In this document: one piece after another, positions 1 through 12,922 of the stretch
Numbering within the stretch: position 1 is the first letter of the stretch
Layout of the letters: each line of letters opens with the position of its first letter
Assembly: GCF_031769215.1 (NCBI RefSeq)
Contig: NW_026782173.1
Location: 2,728,001 to 2,792,000, forward strand
Direction: 5' to 3'
DNA length: 64,000 bases
Source of the DNA: Ylistrum balloti
Lineage: Eukaryota
The notes under the pieces: generated by a model
What the model saw: only the letters and a program-made list of their open reading frames with translations
What the model was told of the DNA's origin: nothing
Databases searched by the model: none
Position numbers and translations under genes: made by a program

Positions 1-1535
1 TGAAGCAACCATTCAAGATATAACCAACTTTAAGTTTAAGAATCGGTCACATGATTGATTTCAAATAAATCGACATATAATTTTATTTACTGACATACAC
101 TAATACACATTTAAACATCTGCATAATACCATGTATATCATATAAACACCCTGTTTTACTTATGTAATGAGAATTATGGAATTCCATTGCATGCCTGTGT
201 TTTTATATATTCTCACCTTCTAAATCAGTGTTCCTGGTTGATATGACAATCAAACATGACCAGGTGGAACACGGACAGTGACAGGTATTCCCTATATTTG
301 TTGTTAAATGATCAGACTATAATCTTAACCAGATGGAATGATGTTGTACAACGTCCTGCCTTGATATAATTTGCATATTAATATTCTGAGTTTTAAACAA
401 TATTAAACCATCCACTATGTTTGCAGTTTTATCTTATTTTTTTGTGTATTCCGACCTCTTTTCCTGTTGGTCACTAAACTGTCTTTCTATCCACTGATCA
501 CTTTGTAATATAAAAATGTTTAGGAAGTGTCACTATAATGAAACAGTTATCAACCATTTTTGGGTGAATACGATGATATATGAATCCAAAAAGTGGTAGT
601 TTCTTCAGCCTCGAAACATATCACTTTCTCGGGTCGATAAATCATCATATTGCCATAATAAACAGTCTGATTATAGTATAATAACAAAGTCTCCGAACTG
701 ATAACGACAGTGTAAGTGGTATACCAACACTAGATTAGATTTACATATATTATATAACACAGAGACGTGGCCAATGCAGAAATTGTTCAATATCTTGTAT
801 ATTTAAGCGAAAAGTGGAAAGGTTTTTGATTGAAGAAGGACTGAATTTTGTCGCTTCAATGATGACACACTTTAAAATCACTAAAATTTCCCTCTTATCA
901 TTTATTCATAAAAAATATGATTTTTTCTATATCTATCATTTGTATTAATACAAAATAAAACATTGATACATATGCATGAAACACTTGTCCAATGGGAGGT
1001 TACGGACTTCTGATAAGCTTGTAATTTGATATACCAACGCATTGCTAGATGCCATCCAAGTTTTGTAGTGCGCGTTCCTTAAAGCTTATATACTGTAGTA
1101 CAATTTACATGATATATTACGTGTGATGTAAGAAATAACAAGGGCGACTTCGTATATCTAATTAAGTAGTGTTGTACAATATGTATTTGGACAAGATGAC
1201 GTCGTGCTTTAATGGCTTACGGCAGAGTTGTTCAAAACAATTTAGAACTAAACACAATAAATAACAACCTAGTGAATAATTCGTGAGATGTCCTTTCAGT
1301 CGGATAACACTTAATATCTCTTGTGAATTGATCAATAAAAGAATTTTCCACGGGATTAATCTCCGTCCAAATGCTCGGGAAAAGGTCGTCCTTACTCCCG
1401 ATCCTCCTAACACGTGCCTGAAGTTTTCTTTTCACCAATAATCATATTTCGATTATGTTAATGTTTAATATGGGTAGAATGTGCACGGGGAACAGAGACA
1501 TTGTCGTCCAGAAATATACATTTTGATATACGAAA

Positions 1536-3261
1536 ATGGCGGCTAACACTGGCTACAAATTTACTTTAAAGAAATTCTTGTTTCTTTACAGTATCTATGT
1601 TATCATTAACTGCCATGAAAATACCGACACCATGCACCCCTATTGTACGACGCCGACACACAAGTTTGATCTCCATCGTTCGACCCTTTTCCTCCGAACA
1701 TATGTACGAGAATCATGCCTTATCATTTTCCATTCGTCTTTTTTCCCCAAAAGTGAGTCTCCTCATTTCACCACATCTAGCCAAGCGGTTTTTCCTACCT
1801 TACTACTTGTAGCTATGTTTGTCAATATGAGAGTACAAGGTACGTGTAATGAAATCGTTCTCTATTATCACTAAATTTGTTAGTAAAACTGCTCACACAT
1901 TTCTATTCATTTTAACCAAATGTTCCAACTTTCTATAATCCCGATTTGTCACTGTGGGTTTCCTAGACCGAAAATTTCTGGCACTAAAATTATAATTTGA
2001 TGTCAATATTCACATTTATCATGCTGTGATATTTTCATTTTTACTGACTTTGATATTTTAGAGAAACAGCTGATGTTATCTTAAAATTGGTAGAAACGTA
2101 TGGATGTGGTGGATAAAAAAAAAAAACGTAACGTAACCAGACATTTTGGGTTCATTTCAAAGCAAAAGAAATTCATTAGCCTCACAAACCTTTACAGACC
2201 TTTTAGTTTGATATTTATAAGCTAATGCCCTGTGTGTTTTCTCTCTCTGCTTCGATTTGGAAATTCAATAGCGACGCTATTTATAGTTATACTGATAACA
2301 GCCTGGCATCAGCGCCAGAATACTGTCGCTGAGGACAGTCCAAGGCTACTACAGCCGAGGACCTGCACCTGATTATTACAGGTGAGGACCAACTCCTGTC
2401 AGCTGCAGTTGAGTACCGGCCTCCAGGCTACTAAGCTTGAGGACCAGTCCGAGATTACTACTATTGAGGACTGGCCCGTGGTTACTACAGTTGAGGCCCA
2501 GCCACAGAGTACTGGTTTCTACATGTTAGGTCCAGCCCAAGATTACTATAGTCGATGACTAGCCCCAGACTACTGCAGTCGATGACCGGTCCCATGCTAC
2601 TACAGTCCAGGACCAGGCCCATGCTACTACAGTCGAGGACCAGTCCCATGCTAGTACAGTTGGGGACCAGTCCCAGGTTACATCAATCAATGACCAGCTA
2701 CTGGTTACTACAGTTGAGAACCAGCCTCTGGTTACCATAGCTGAGGACCAGCCCTAAGCTACTATAGTTGAGGACAAACCCCTGGAGACAACAACTGTCG
2801 AGGACAAGCCTCTGGTGACTGCAATTGAGGACCAGCCCCATATTACTATAGTCGAGGACCAGCCCCGGTCTACTATAGTCGATGACAAGTCCCTAGTTAC
2901 TATAATGGAGGGCCAGCCCCATATGACTGCAACTGAGAACCAGTACCAGGGTACTACTGTTGAGGACAAATCACTGACTACCACAGTCGGGGATCAGTTT
3001 CAGTTGACTAAAGGTGAGGACCGGCCCCAAACTGCCACAGTTGAGGACCAGCCCCAGACTACTACAGTTGAGGATCAGCCCCAGATGTCTACAGTTGAGA
3101 ACCAACCTCGGACTACTACTGTCGAGGACCAAACCTTGGTTACTACAGCTGAGGATCACTCCCAGATTTCTATAGTCAAAAACCAGTCCCGGACTAGTGA
3201 AGATGAGGACCTGCTCCAGGTCATACAAGATCAGTCAAGCGTCAAAATTGTATGGTATTGA
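1536..3261 (+). pseudogene. Decayed Thr/acid-rich repeat-protein gene (EDQPQTTTV)n, possibly two exons (1536-1839, 2272-3261)
   Basis: Phase-1 donor CAAG|GTACGT at 1839/1840 and acceptor aatag| at 2271 put the repeat in frame. Frameshifts near 2337, 2420 and 2525 and stops at 2560-2562 and 2755-2757. Open from 2758 to TGA at 3261. Confidence 0.4.
2322..3215 (+). repeat. 27-bp degenerate tandem repeat, about 33 units (GAGGACCAGCCCCAGACTACTACAGTT)
   Basis: Direct reading; variation is largely codon-structured. Confidence 0.9.
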
Positions 3262-4904
3262 TGCTTTCCATTGTTATTTTGCCTTACTTCACCATACTGT
3301 TTTTGAAATCGTGATCGATTTTATTGCTGGTAGTGTTGTGAAACGGTAGTTAGGTAGAGTTCCGATCATTCCGGGAAGCTATTGTACCTTTTCATTACCT
3401 AGGTTCTGCTGTCGGTTATCGTTCGACTCCAAAGCAATACAGACTTTTCTACCTGCCGATACTGTAATGTCGTAATCCGTACTGCCCGATTCCGCAGCGC
3501 AGTTTTCATGGACAAGTCAATAGAATAATTTGGAATCCAGAAGTGAAAATTGGATACTTAACGTTAATTTGATAGCGTACCCGAATTTATACATTTTACG
3601 GAAAATGCCCTTCAATCCTTGCGAATGAATTATGGAAGAATTCATGCTGATGATGTAAAATCTTACTGTTTATTCATCACTAATGTTTTGTACAAAGAAT
3701 ATTACTTTCTTAGTAAGACCATTTCGAAATGGACAAAATTGTCACAAGTGTTCCTATCACAAATCAAACGGTCATGCGATAGATATTTTCCTATCCCTTT
3801 TGGGTAATTGTAAACATAATCAAACATTCTGCTGTTACATTATCAATAAAAAAAATCCAAAACAATCAGTTTTGTGTAGAAAATATTTAAGTGAATTTTC
3901 AGTGCTTCGATTTTGAAACGATGAGTCAGGACTATTTCGTCTCCGCAATCTTGTATACACTGCTCTGGGCATGGCGCCACTAAAAACGCAAGGTGCCGGA
4001 AGAAATCCGGATATTCTCTTCATTACATGAGCTATATTTACAAAATCAGCGATTGTCTGTAAATAATGCTGAATTTGTAATAATATTGCCTCTTTTTATT
4101 CATACTGAAAATAATACCAAAATTTTCAGAACAATATGCAATGGGTTCTCGTGTACGTTGTGTAGAAAGTATTATTTCTTCTACTGATGTCTAAATAATA
4201 TACCAAATAAAAAAAATTCACTTGTTCAATAACTATGTGTATGAGGTAATATTGATCTTGTTTCATTTGTTTAAGTTTCTACAAAATTTAAAAAGCAAAA
4301 ACCAACCTTTCGAATGTATGCAGGAATCTACATTGAAACCATTCTCTGGTCAGTTTAAACATAATGTCCTTTTCTCTATTTGCAGTAGAGATATAGCCAT
4401 TTAAGTGAACAAGAATTTCATGTTTTGGTTTTAGATAAATAACATGACTAATAAGCCAGGAAGAGCTATTAGATATCGAAACATTTCTCAGAAATTATTA
4501 CCCACAGTGAAAACATGCAATATGAAATACCAGGTAAACAAATACGCCGACTAATAAAATCTTTGCAATATTAAGATTAAACAAAACTGCACATTCTGTT
4601 TATTTTGATGTAAAGTTTATTTTGAATTGATTAAATGACAATTCTTAGGAGTGGATGATAAGACAAACAACAGCAAAACAGCAGCAAAACAGCAGCAAAC
4701 AGCCAAAACCAACCCGTCAGTCGAAATATGTACTTTACCATTGCTAAAACCATCAATGACGTCGTCAAAACCAACCTGTCAGTAGAATCACATAGGAGGA
4801 CGTACCTAAAACACGGCAAGCAGAACAGGAGGTATAATTAGTGACAGGGGGATATGTCGGTCACATACTCAGCCAGTGACAATTCGGAGGGGTCGTAGGT
4901 TTAG

Positions 4905-5150
4905 GAGTTTGTTAAGCGCGCTGGAAGAGTAAGCGTCTTAAGCTTCATCGACGACACCGGCCATGTAAACGTTGGTCAATAGAAGTAAGTAATGTCACGT
5001 TCTCAAACGAAAATAAGGTATACAACAACGGAACCCACGTGCAAACTAACGATCATCAAATACGTCCAGCTTCATGTCGCACAAAGAAATAGAATATTTC
5101 TCAATGAGATCACGATGGCGACCTTAAAACATCCTCATAAGACTTTATTT
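4905..5150 (-). mobile_element. Penelope-like (Naiad-type) retroelement 3' fragment
   Basis: Minus strand reads SLMRMF*GRHRDLIEKYSISLCDMKLDVFDDR*, resembling the RT C-terminus (SSLRKFYGRHHDL..Y.IS); followed by the shared 3' motif tcgatgaagc...gcttactcttcc. Confidence 0.7.
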
Positions 5151-7360
5151 GGACCAGATTTTGACTTTAACTGATTTTCTCCCTCTTTCATCCTTCTCCC
5201 TCTTATTGCCAAAAGACAGACAATGGATTAGGCAGAAGTTAATACAACCTATCATCGCCTTGTGCTACTGCCAATGTGAAACATGTGGTCAGTTTGTAAG
5301 AGGTCATCTATTTATCGAATCAATGGTTAACTCTTTGTTAAACAACTGGTCTTTTAGCCAGCGTCCTTCCCTAATAGCACCTGTACACAATGGGAAAGAA
5401 CAATACAGGTAAATAAAGGGGCACTTTTTTGCGTTCAGATCCATAGCAATGCCAATTTTAATACGTAGTGGTTTTGTTTTACTTCATATCTTAATAATCT
5501 TTATACCTAGTAAATGAAATTAACAACTGAAAGGAAGATTTGGTTCACTTACAAACATAACTGAGTCTTGATCAATTCCTTTGTAATCCTTAAAGTAAGA
5601 TATAAATCAATTCAATGTTAAACCTTGATTCATGTGTATATCTACAACACAATTCAGTTATTTAGATATCTTGTTATTTGAAAATGATATTTGATATATG
5701 TTGCATACATTGAAAGAAATTAAGTTTTTCTGATCTGCTAAGAAGCAAATAGTTTCTTGGTGGAAAAGCCAAAATGATACAAAAAATGTATTCCTGTTTG
5801 TACCTAATTTTGGTAAGGGAGTGTTGGATTTGGCTATCAAGCATGGTGTCATACATATTTTGAAAATTAACAGATAACACAGTCACCCTCAAACTGAAGA
5901 ACTCTCAGAAAATCACTTTACCTACAAAATAACGGCGACAATCACAACTTGTAGCCTTATGTACAAGTTAAATATTAACAAAAAGTTACTTATCAATTAA
6001 GTCAAATTCATATCTTTCTAACCTTATGATTAATTCTCTGATATTTTTCTACCAATTTGGATTTGACTAAATTCATTTTACTAGCTTCAAAATATTTCTT
6101 AGATATGCATCTTTGGTCGTCAATGAATAACAAAAATAACATCGAAAAAATGTTTTAGCATTTTTTAAACATTTTATAAAATGTCTAGATGACTTTGTAG
6201 TCGAAACAAAAATAATTGGTACTACTTTGAATAGTTCTGTAGAGTCACGAATTGATATCCTTGCACATTAAAAGATATCAAAATAAACTTGTAAAAGGAT
6301 TATCTTTTTCAAATATTTATAAAATCATAGAATCCACAGACAAGATTTTGTGGTGTAGAGGTACAACAACAGTTCCTTGTTACTCGGCCTACATATCAGA
6401 GACTGACAAATTGATGTTTGCAATATATCTATGATTTACTAATGAGCGAGATAACATTCGATGGTAGGATATAACAAAACGTAACGTCGTTCGGTTTACA
6501 ACTATTAATGTGCAAGGCATGCTATCTTCATGTCCATATTTCAGTAAAATCATGAAGTCATCGATATGATATGGCTCAAAATATATACTTGCATCTCATT
6601 TGTTCTAGAAAACCATGACTTTCGACAGAATAATAACATATTAATAAACACACACCCCTTTACGTCCAACCAACACATGGAAAGGCAGTTCTTTATCACT
6701 CTTTGTTAAAATAAAACAAATATTTGGCAATTGATCCGCGGCAAACGAAATATTAAGGTAAACCATTGAAAATTGATAGAATTTTGGCCAGCGTCAGGTT
6801 ATACATTCAAGCTTTCCTCGACATACACATATCCGGTACACACTCGGAAACATAATTCTTTCCAAATCTGAAAGCTGTCAATTTGTGATCACCTATTATG
6901 AGTTAATAGTCTGGTGTCCAATTCTAAAAACATTGGTTTTGATTCCGATGTTGACAGAATTCTTCTAGCACTTTCATTAAAGATGAATGGATCAAGAACT
7001 TTTACAAATTTGAGTAAAGTCATTTGAAAATCATTTTTTGTGCAGAAATTTGCAATGGAAATGTGTAAGTTTAAGCACACTGAGTAATTATCAAATAGAA
7101 GACTAAATAAATAACCAAGACAGTTGATACAGATTATGTTCATATTTATTTTGAGGGATGTAATATTTTATATAGATGGCGAATATAGGCCAATGACTTC
7201 AACTGAATCAGCATAAGAATGGAGGAAACTGGGTACAGAAAATTCCTCCAAAAATAGCTGATGTTAACTAGTAAGTGAGGCATTAATATTAAATTCAGGA
7301 AATAATAAGCAATCTGTTGTCAGAGTGCAAAAAACTAAGCCACTGCAAGGAGTGTAGTTG

Positions 7361-7440
7361 AAGTCTTGACGGATAGGTTCCTGATGTCCAGGTCACTGCA
7401 AGTCTTGACAGATAGGTTCCTGATGTCCCGGTCACTGCAA
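7361..7440. repeat. 39-bp direct tandem duplication
   Basis: aagtcttgac(g/a)gataggttcctgatgtcc(a/c)ggtcactgc twice. Confidence 0.9.
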
Positions 7441-7982
7441 AGACACAAACAAAAAAGCACAGCAGAATTTGAAATGAAAACGGGAGGGGTGGGAGGGATA
7501 TTTTTTCACTAAAACGCCCACTGATCTCTTTGCTGCCTAAGCTTGACCTTGCAAAATGGCGAATGCCCGGCTATGACGTAATGAACATCAAGGGAGTTAA
7601 CTCTACAGATACAAGGGACATAACTCCAACGACTTTAACTAAAGTTGGAATAGCTGACCGTAAAGAGTGTGTGGTCTTCATATGATAAATTAAATTATTA
7701 TAATGAAATAATTTTTATTATGTCCGATGCGTATTTACTGATACGTTATTTTAGCTTTTTCTCATTGAATTCAGCTCTTGTTAGTTAATATAAGCTACTT
7801 TTCTTTTTTATTACTTCTTACACTGTAAACGTTTGGTGTTATGTTCATCCATATATGGTATTATTAACGTGCAAATTCACTTCTATTTTGGTGTAAAATT
7901 TAGCGTTACACCATTTCTCATATAAAGTTAATCATAACAAGAAGAGTGTATAGTATACCGACATTTGTTGTAAATACGTGAT

Positions 7983-8222
7983 CTTACACCGTAAGAGAGT
8001 GACTTTACACCAGATTCTCACCAAAAAATGTTGCCTTACACTGTGAGGGAATGACTTAACGCCAAATTGATACCTTTAATGTTACCTTACACCTCACGGG
8101 TGCGGCATTCACCAAATTTTCACTTAAAAGTGTTACTTTACACAGTAAGGGAATGACTTTTACACCAAATCAGTACTGAAACCCGTCACCTTACACCGTG
8201 TGGAGCGACGTAACACCAAATG
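7983..8222. repeat. Degenerate 51-53 bp tandem array, about 5 units
   Basis: cttacac anchors at 7983, 8035, 8086, 8137 and 8190. Confidence 0.7.
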
Positions 8223-8358
8223 GTTTCTTGTCGAATATGATGGGCAATTACAATAAAATGCAAAATCTGTATTTGCAATAGTCATCATCATCAGTTACGC
8301 CATATGCTTTCAGTAAACAAATGCATTTTTGAACGAATCGTTCTGACCGCTTAATGAA

Positions 8359-8533
8359 CAGGCTCCACTTATATAAAACATCTCAACTTGAGAATTTCAG
8401 GACATCCTAGACGATGACTTCCTCCTGTTCCTTGAGAAAATTTTATACAAGCCGTTTTTGAGGAGATATCAGCTGAGGAAAATATCGACTTGAGGAAATC
8501 TCAAGTTGAGATGTTTTATACAAGTGGGACCTG
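8359..8533. mobile_element. MITE with about 35-bp terminal inverted repeats
   Basis: caggctccacttatataaaacatctcaacttgaga versus tctcaagttgagatgttttatacaagtgggacctg; no clear TSD. Confidence 0.75.
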
Positions 8534-9148
8534 GTCTTTAGCTGCAAAATACCGGGTCACCCAGATGCTTTTAAAGCGTTTGTGCGAGTGAGAAGCTGAA
8601 AAACCGCGCGCTTTACGCTAGCCGTAAGATATTTTGACTTCCCCAAGTCGATAGACGATATTGGTATGTCCAAATTCTATTGATGCATGATCTTTGTAAG
8701 TTCTGGTTTTTTCTATGTGTCTCATTGCCTTACATGGAAAATGTTACTGATACCTTATGTAATTACTGAACATTGTAAAAAGATTGATTATCTAATGTTT
8801 TGCACCCTAGAAATAAAGACCCGAGGGATTTGAGACAGATGACTTATTACAATTTTGTTGTGTTTACATGGAAGAGGTTTTGATATATTGTGTAGTTGGT
8901 AATATTCACAGGGGATTTAATTTTGCTCTATATGCGGCTGTTAAAGGTAGCACGAAATTAAATACCCCGCAAAGTGATTTCATATTTATCATTTGCCTGA
9001 TTACTGTGATACTCATTCATACACAAGCGCAAAAAATTACGACCGCAAACATGTATACCCCAAATAGAGATGACCCGAAATAAAAATAATTGATAAAGCA
9101 TGAAGCTTACATTAATTATAAATTAAGGTTACCCTAGTTGGAGTTTAA

Positions 9149-9704
9149 GTAACGCTGATAAAGGATGAAGGTAACACCAGTGAAGGATGAAGGTAACACC
9201 AGTAAAGGATGAAGGTAACACCAGTGAAGGATGAAGGTAACACTGATAAAGGATGAAGGTAACACCGGTGAAGGATGAAGGTAACACTGATAAAGGATGA
9301 AGGTAACACCGGTGAAGGATGAAGGTAACACTAATAAAGGATGAAGGTAACACCAGTAAAGGATGAAGGTAACACCAGTGAAGGATGAAGGTAACACTGA
9401 TAAAGGATGAAGGTAACACCAGTAAAGGATGAAGGTAACACTGATAAAGGAGGAAGGTAACACCAGTAAAGGATGAAGGTAACACCGGTAAAGTATGAAG
9501 ATAACACTGATAAAGTACGAAGATAACACTATAAAGGATGAAGGTAACACCGGTGAAGGATGAAGGTAACACTAATAAAGGATGAAGGTAACACCGGTAA
9601 AGGATGAAGGTAACACTGATAAAGGATGAAGGTAACACCGGTAAAGAATGAAGGTAACACCAGTGAAGGATGAAGGTAACACCAGTAAAGTATGAGGGTA
9701 ACAC
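9149..9704. repeat. 22-bp minisatellite, about 25 copies (TAAAGGATGAAGGTAACACCAG)
   Basis: Direct reading; explains the spurious ORFs at 9129-9825. Confidence 0.97.
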
Positions 9705-9717
9705 TTGTACTTAGAAG

Positions 9718-9843
9718 AAGGTTACACCAAAAAAGGTGGCACCAAAAGGGAATCCTTTCCTGGTGTAACTTTACATTAATATCGTTTACATCCGTGGTGT
9801 AATCTAATGATAGATGTGGTGCCACCTATTTTGATGTAACCTT
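9718..9843. mobile_element. Small MITE with 27-bp TIRs (25/27 match)
   Basis: aaggttacaccaaaaaaggtggcacca ... tggtgccacctattttgatgtaacctt. Confidence 0.75.
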
Positions 9844-10457
9844 TATTCTAGAAGTTTACAGCATATGCAACAAATGATGCACTAGCCATGTCGTATTAGA
9901 TAAAGTTAAAACATACGGAGTTTTGCTGCCTTTATATTATTTTTATTCAACTTGTTATCCTAGACCCAGGGAAATAATGACACCTGCGGTCTTAAATATA
10001 TACAATGCAATGTTGTTACATAATGTGGTGTAAATTATACATACGTTAAATTCAATTTTGTGTAGAACAACAATTATATAACATCAACATTTAAAAGGAA
10101 CCTTCTTAACATGAGAATTGGAATATTCATGCCATTTGATATGTAAGTTGGACACAATGAGCGAGGCAATGGTTATAACTCAAATATCAGCTTGTGCTTC
10201 GAATATATAATTAGTAAGGGCATCTGTGGACAGAGACGCATACTATACCAAAATTACAAACATTTTCGAGCAAACAGATGTTATACAGCTTTGAAATATT
10301 GGTGTCAACCTTACATACAGCAAAACTGATTTTTAATAAGAAAATAGATAACTTTCTCGCATAATGAAAGAATAATTTTGCATATATTTGTCCTTGGCAA
10401 TATCGAAAGAATCATCGTTGCAAATTTCACTGTAATGAATATATATATATATATATA

Positions 10458-10636
10458 TATAAAGAAAATTGTTTAAAAAAACACACACAAGAAAAAGTTC
10501 AATTAGCATTTTACATAACGTTTTCACAGCTTAGCTGCTCCTCAGTGCAATGTAACTATGCAAAGAATCTATGACGTCATGCAAAATGCTAACTTAACAT
10601 TTTCTTTTGTGTGTTTTTTAAACAATTTTCTTTATA
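10458..10636. mobile_element. Fold-back/MITE with about 55-bp inverted arms next to a (TA)n tract
   Basis: tataaagaaaattgtttaaaaaaacacacacaag... mirrored by ...ttttgtgtgttttttaaacaattttctttata; TA context suggests Tc1/mariner type. Confidence 0.7.
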
Positions 10637-10666
10637 TTATCACTTGCGTATCGTCATTAACTCTCG

Positions 10667-10699
<33 letters not shown>

Positions 10700-11456
10700 A
10701 CAATTGATGTTACACTCTATTAGTGAATTCTTCCCTATATGTGTATATCTAAGCATACCTAATATGTTATTAGCCTATATTACATACTAAGTATACTTTG
10801 GTAAATTTCTAATTTCTGTAAATATATTCTGGTTATATTATCCTTGCTGACTTTATTCATTGGATACTAGGTGTTTATTTAAAGTTAATATTCAATGTTT
10901 AGCAATTCCTTTATAAGTACTTTTGGTTTTGTGTGTCATTCCTTAATCGCCCTATTTGTGGTACTATTTTCTACTTAACGCCTGTTTTTATTTTGTCCTC
11001 TTTGTCATAATACATGTATTGTGAAGCTTCAGGATTGGTCCTTTTCTCCCACTACAATGCTTCATTCTGATTATTTATCGTACTGTTTTTAAACTTTTGG
11101 GTCAGTCCTTCACATTAATCGTCTGAACGCTGGTTTCTTCGTCATACGAAATGTAATTCCAGTTTGCTAGTCGTTCTAATCTTTTATCGTCTTTTTTAAA
11201 TTTCAGTTTAGTTACATTGCTACAACAGGATATATTGATACACTTTTTTTTTCTCGACAGTTTTTTTTTTGTTTTCTCTCTCGTTCTTTTTGCTTCCACG
11301 GTGTAAAGCTATTTTTCTTTCAGGTTTTTTGAAATTACTAGCTTTTTAAATCCGATTGATCTCATTTCTTTGCTGTTCATTTACGCTCTATATCAACTTC
11401 TAGATTTACACATTTCCCGATCTTATTATTAGCATCACTGACAACAAATCATCAAT

Positions 11457-11865
11457 ATCTATGTCATTGCTGTGTTGAGTGAACACATTGACCAATGCCT
11501 TTGCTGTGTGGAGTGAATACAAGGATCTATGCCATTGCTGTGTTGAGTGAACACATTGATCTATGTCAATGATGTGTTGAGTGAACACATTGACCTATGT
11601 CAATGATGTGTTGAGTGAATACATGGATCTATGCCATTGCTGTGTTGAGTGAACACATTGATCTATGTCAATGATGTGTTGAGTGAATACATGGATCTAT
11701 GCCATTGCTGTGTTGAGTGAACACATTGATCTATGTCATTACTGTGTTGAGTGAATACAAGGATCTATGTCATTGCTGTGTTGAGTGAATACAAGGATCC
11801 ATGTCATTGATGTGTTGAATGAATACATGGATCTATGCCATTGTTGTGTTGAGTGAACACATGGA
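11457..11865. repeat. 34-bp minisatellite, about 12 copies, partly a 68-bp dimer
   Basis: TCTATGCCATTGCTGTGTTGAGTGAACACATTGA alternating with TCTATGTCAATGATGTGTTGAGTGAATACATGGA. Confidence 0.95.
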
Positions 11866-12697
11866 ACTATGTCATACATTATATATTATACCTGACTTTC
11901 CTGCCATACGTTACAGTGGATGGACTTGATCCTAAAGAAGTTGTACCTGATCTTACAGTCATACATGATAGATGTCGTGCCAAACTCTGCAGTCAGACAG
12001 TCTGTATACGCACGATGTCTACCCGGGAAGAATGGAGTCGACGTTTAGGAGATCTTAATAACGATAGCATGCGATGTCACGACAGCTACATGATACATGA
12101 TACTTTTTTTTTTATCTTACAAAGGGTTTGCATGAGTGTCATACCGAAATCCTCAGGTGATATCACGGCAAGAGCATGCCGTGTACAACGTCGTATACAA
12201 ACATGATTAAATCAACACAGGTATTAAATTTCTTTCCTATGACCCTGAAATTGGACGAAGCAGTGCATGTTATGTAATATAGAATTTGGGTTTACATTGT
12301 TAAGTGTGCACTGACGCGAATCCATGCACACAGAATACATTAAAAAAGGATGTTGAATGGTATTTAAACAGTCACTATTGTTTCCACGTGGTACATGTAC
12401 TTCTTGACTCTGTTGTATTTTGCTCCTAAATTCTGACAGGATAAAATACTTTTGTTATTGGAAGTAGAAACCTTAATAATTGGATATACAATACAATATC
12501 ATATGATAAACATTGAAAGCGGCGTGGGACTGCTTAAATAAAGTTAGCACCCGATACAGGTAAGTCTGATGAGTAACTGTATAAAGGATGTAAAACTACT
12601 CTAAATACATAGTTAAGGTACGTTGTAAATAAATGAAATGTACTCTGAAATCTTGACACGATCGAAGATATGTGAAACGCGTCCATCGTCAAGAGTC

Positions 12698-12922
12698 TCA
12701 TAGGTCGGTAGAGTGTGCGTTGATGGAGGGATATAGAGTGTTATTGATACCATTCGTGCTAGTTGTCACACTCGACTTAGTTTCCTTGGTATCTTTAGAT
12801 TTAACATGGCCACTTTCGGGAGTAACACTTTCTTTGGTGACGTCATCGATATCGTTGAAGTAGGCTGCGTTTTCCATACCAACGTTCCCAGACCTCTCAG
12901 CAGCAGTTGTCTTCTCGTCTTT
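12698..12922 (-). CDS. SLC5 gene terminal coding exon 10 (KDEKTT...NAHSTDL*)
   Basis: ttacag| acceptor, 74 codons then TGA; ends in class I PDZ-type T-D-L. Confidence 0.85.
   Translation of the reverse strand, partial: KDEKTTAAERSGNVGMENAAYFNDIDDVTKESVTPESGHVKSKDTKETKSSVTTSTNGINNTLYPSINAHSTDL

Noticed and set aside
9129-9825. Long hydrophobic ORFs (191, 138 and 98 aa)
   Set aside because: Artefacts of a 22-bp minisatellite; the peptide cycles through all three frames.
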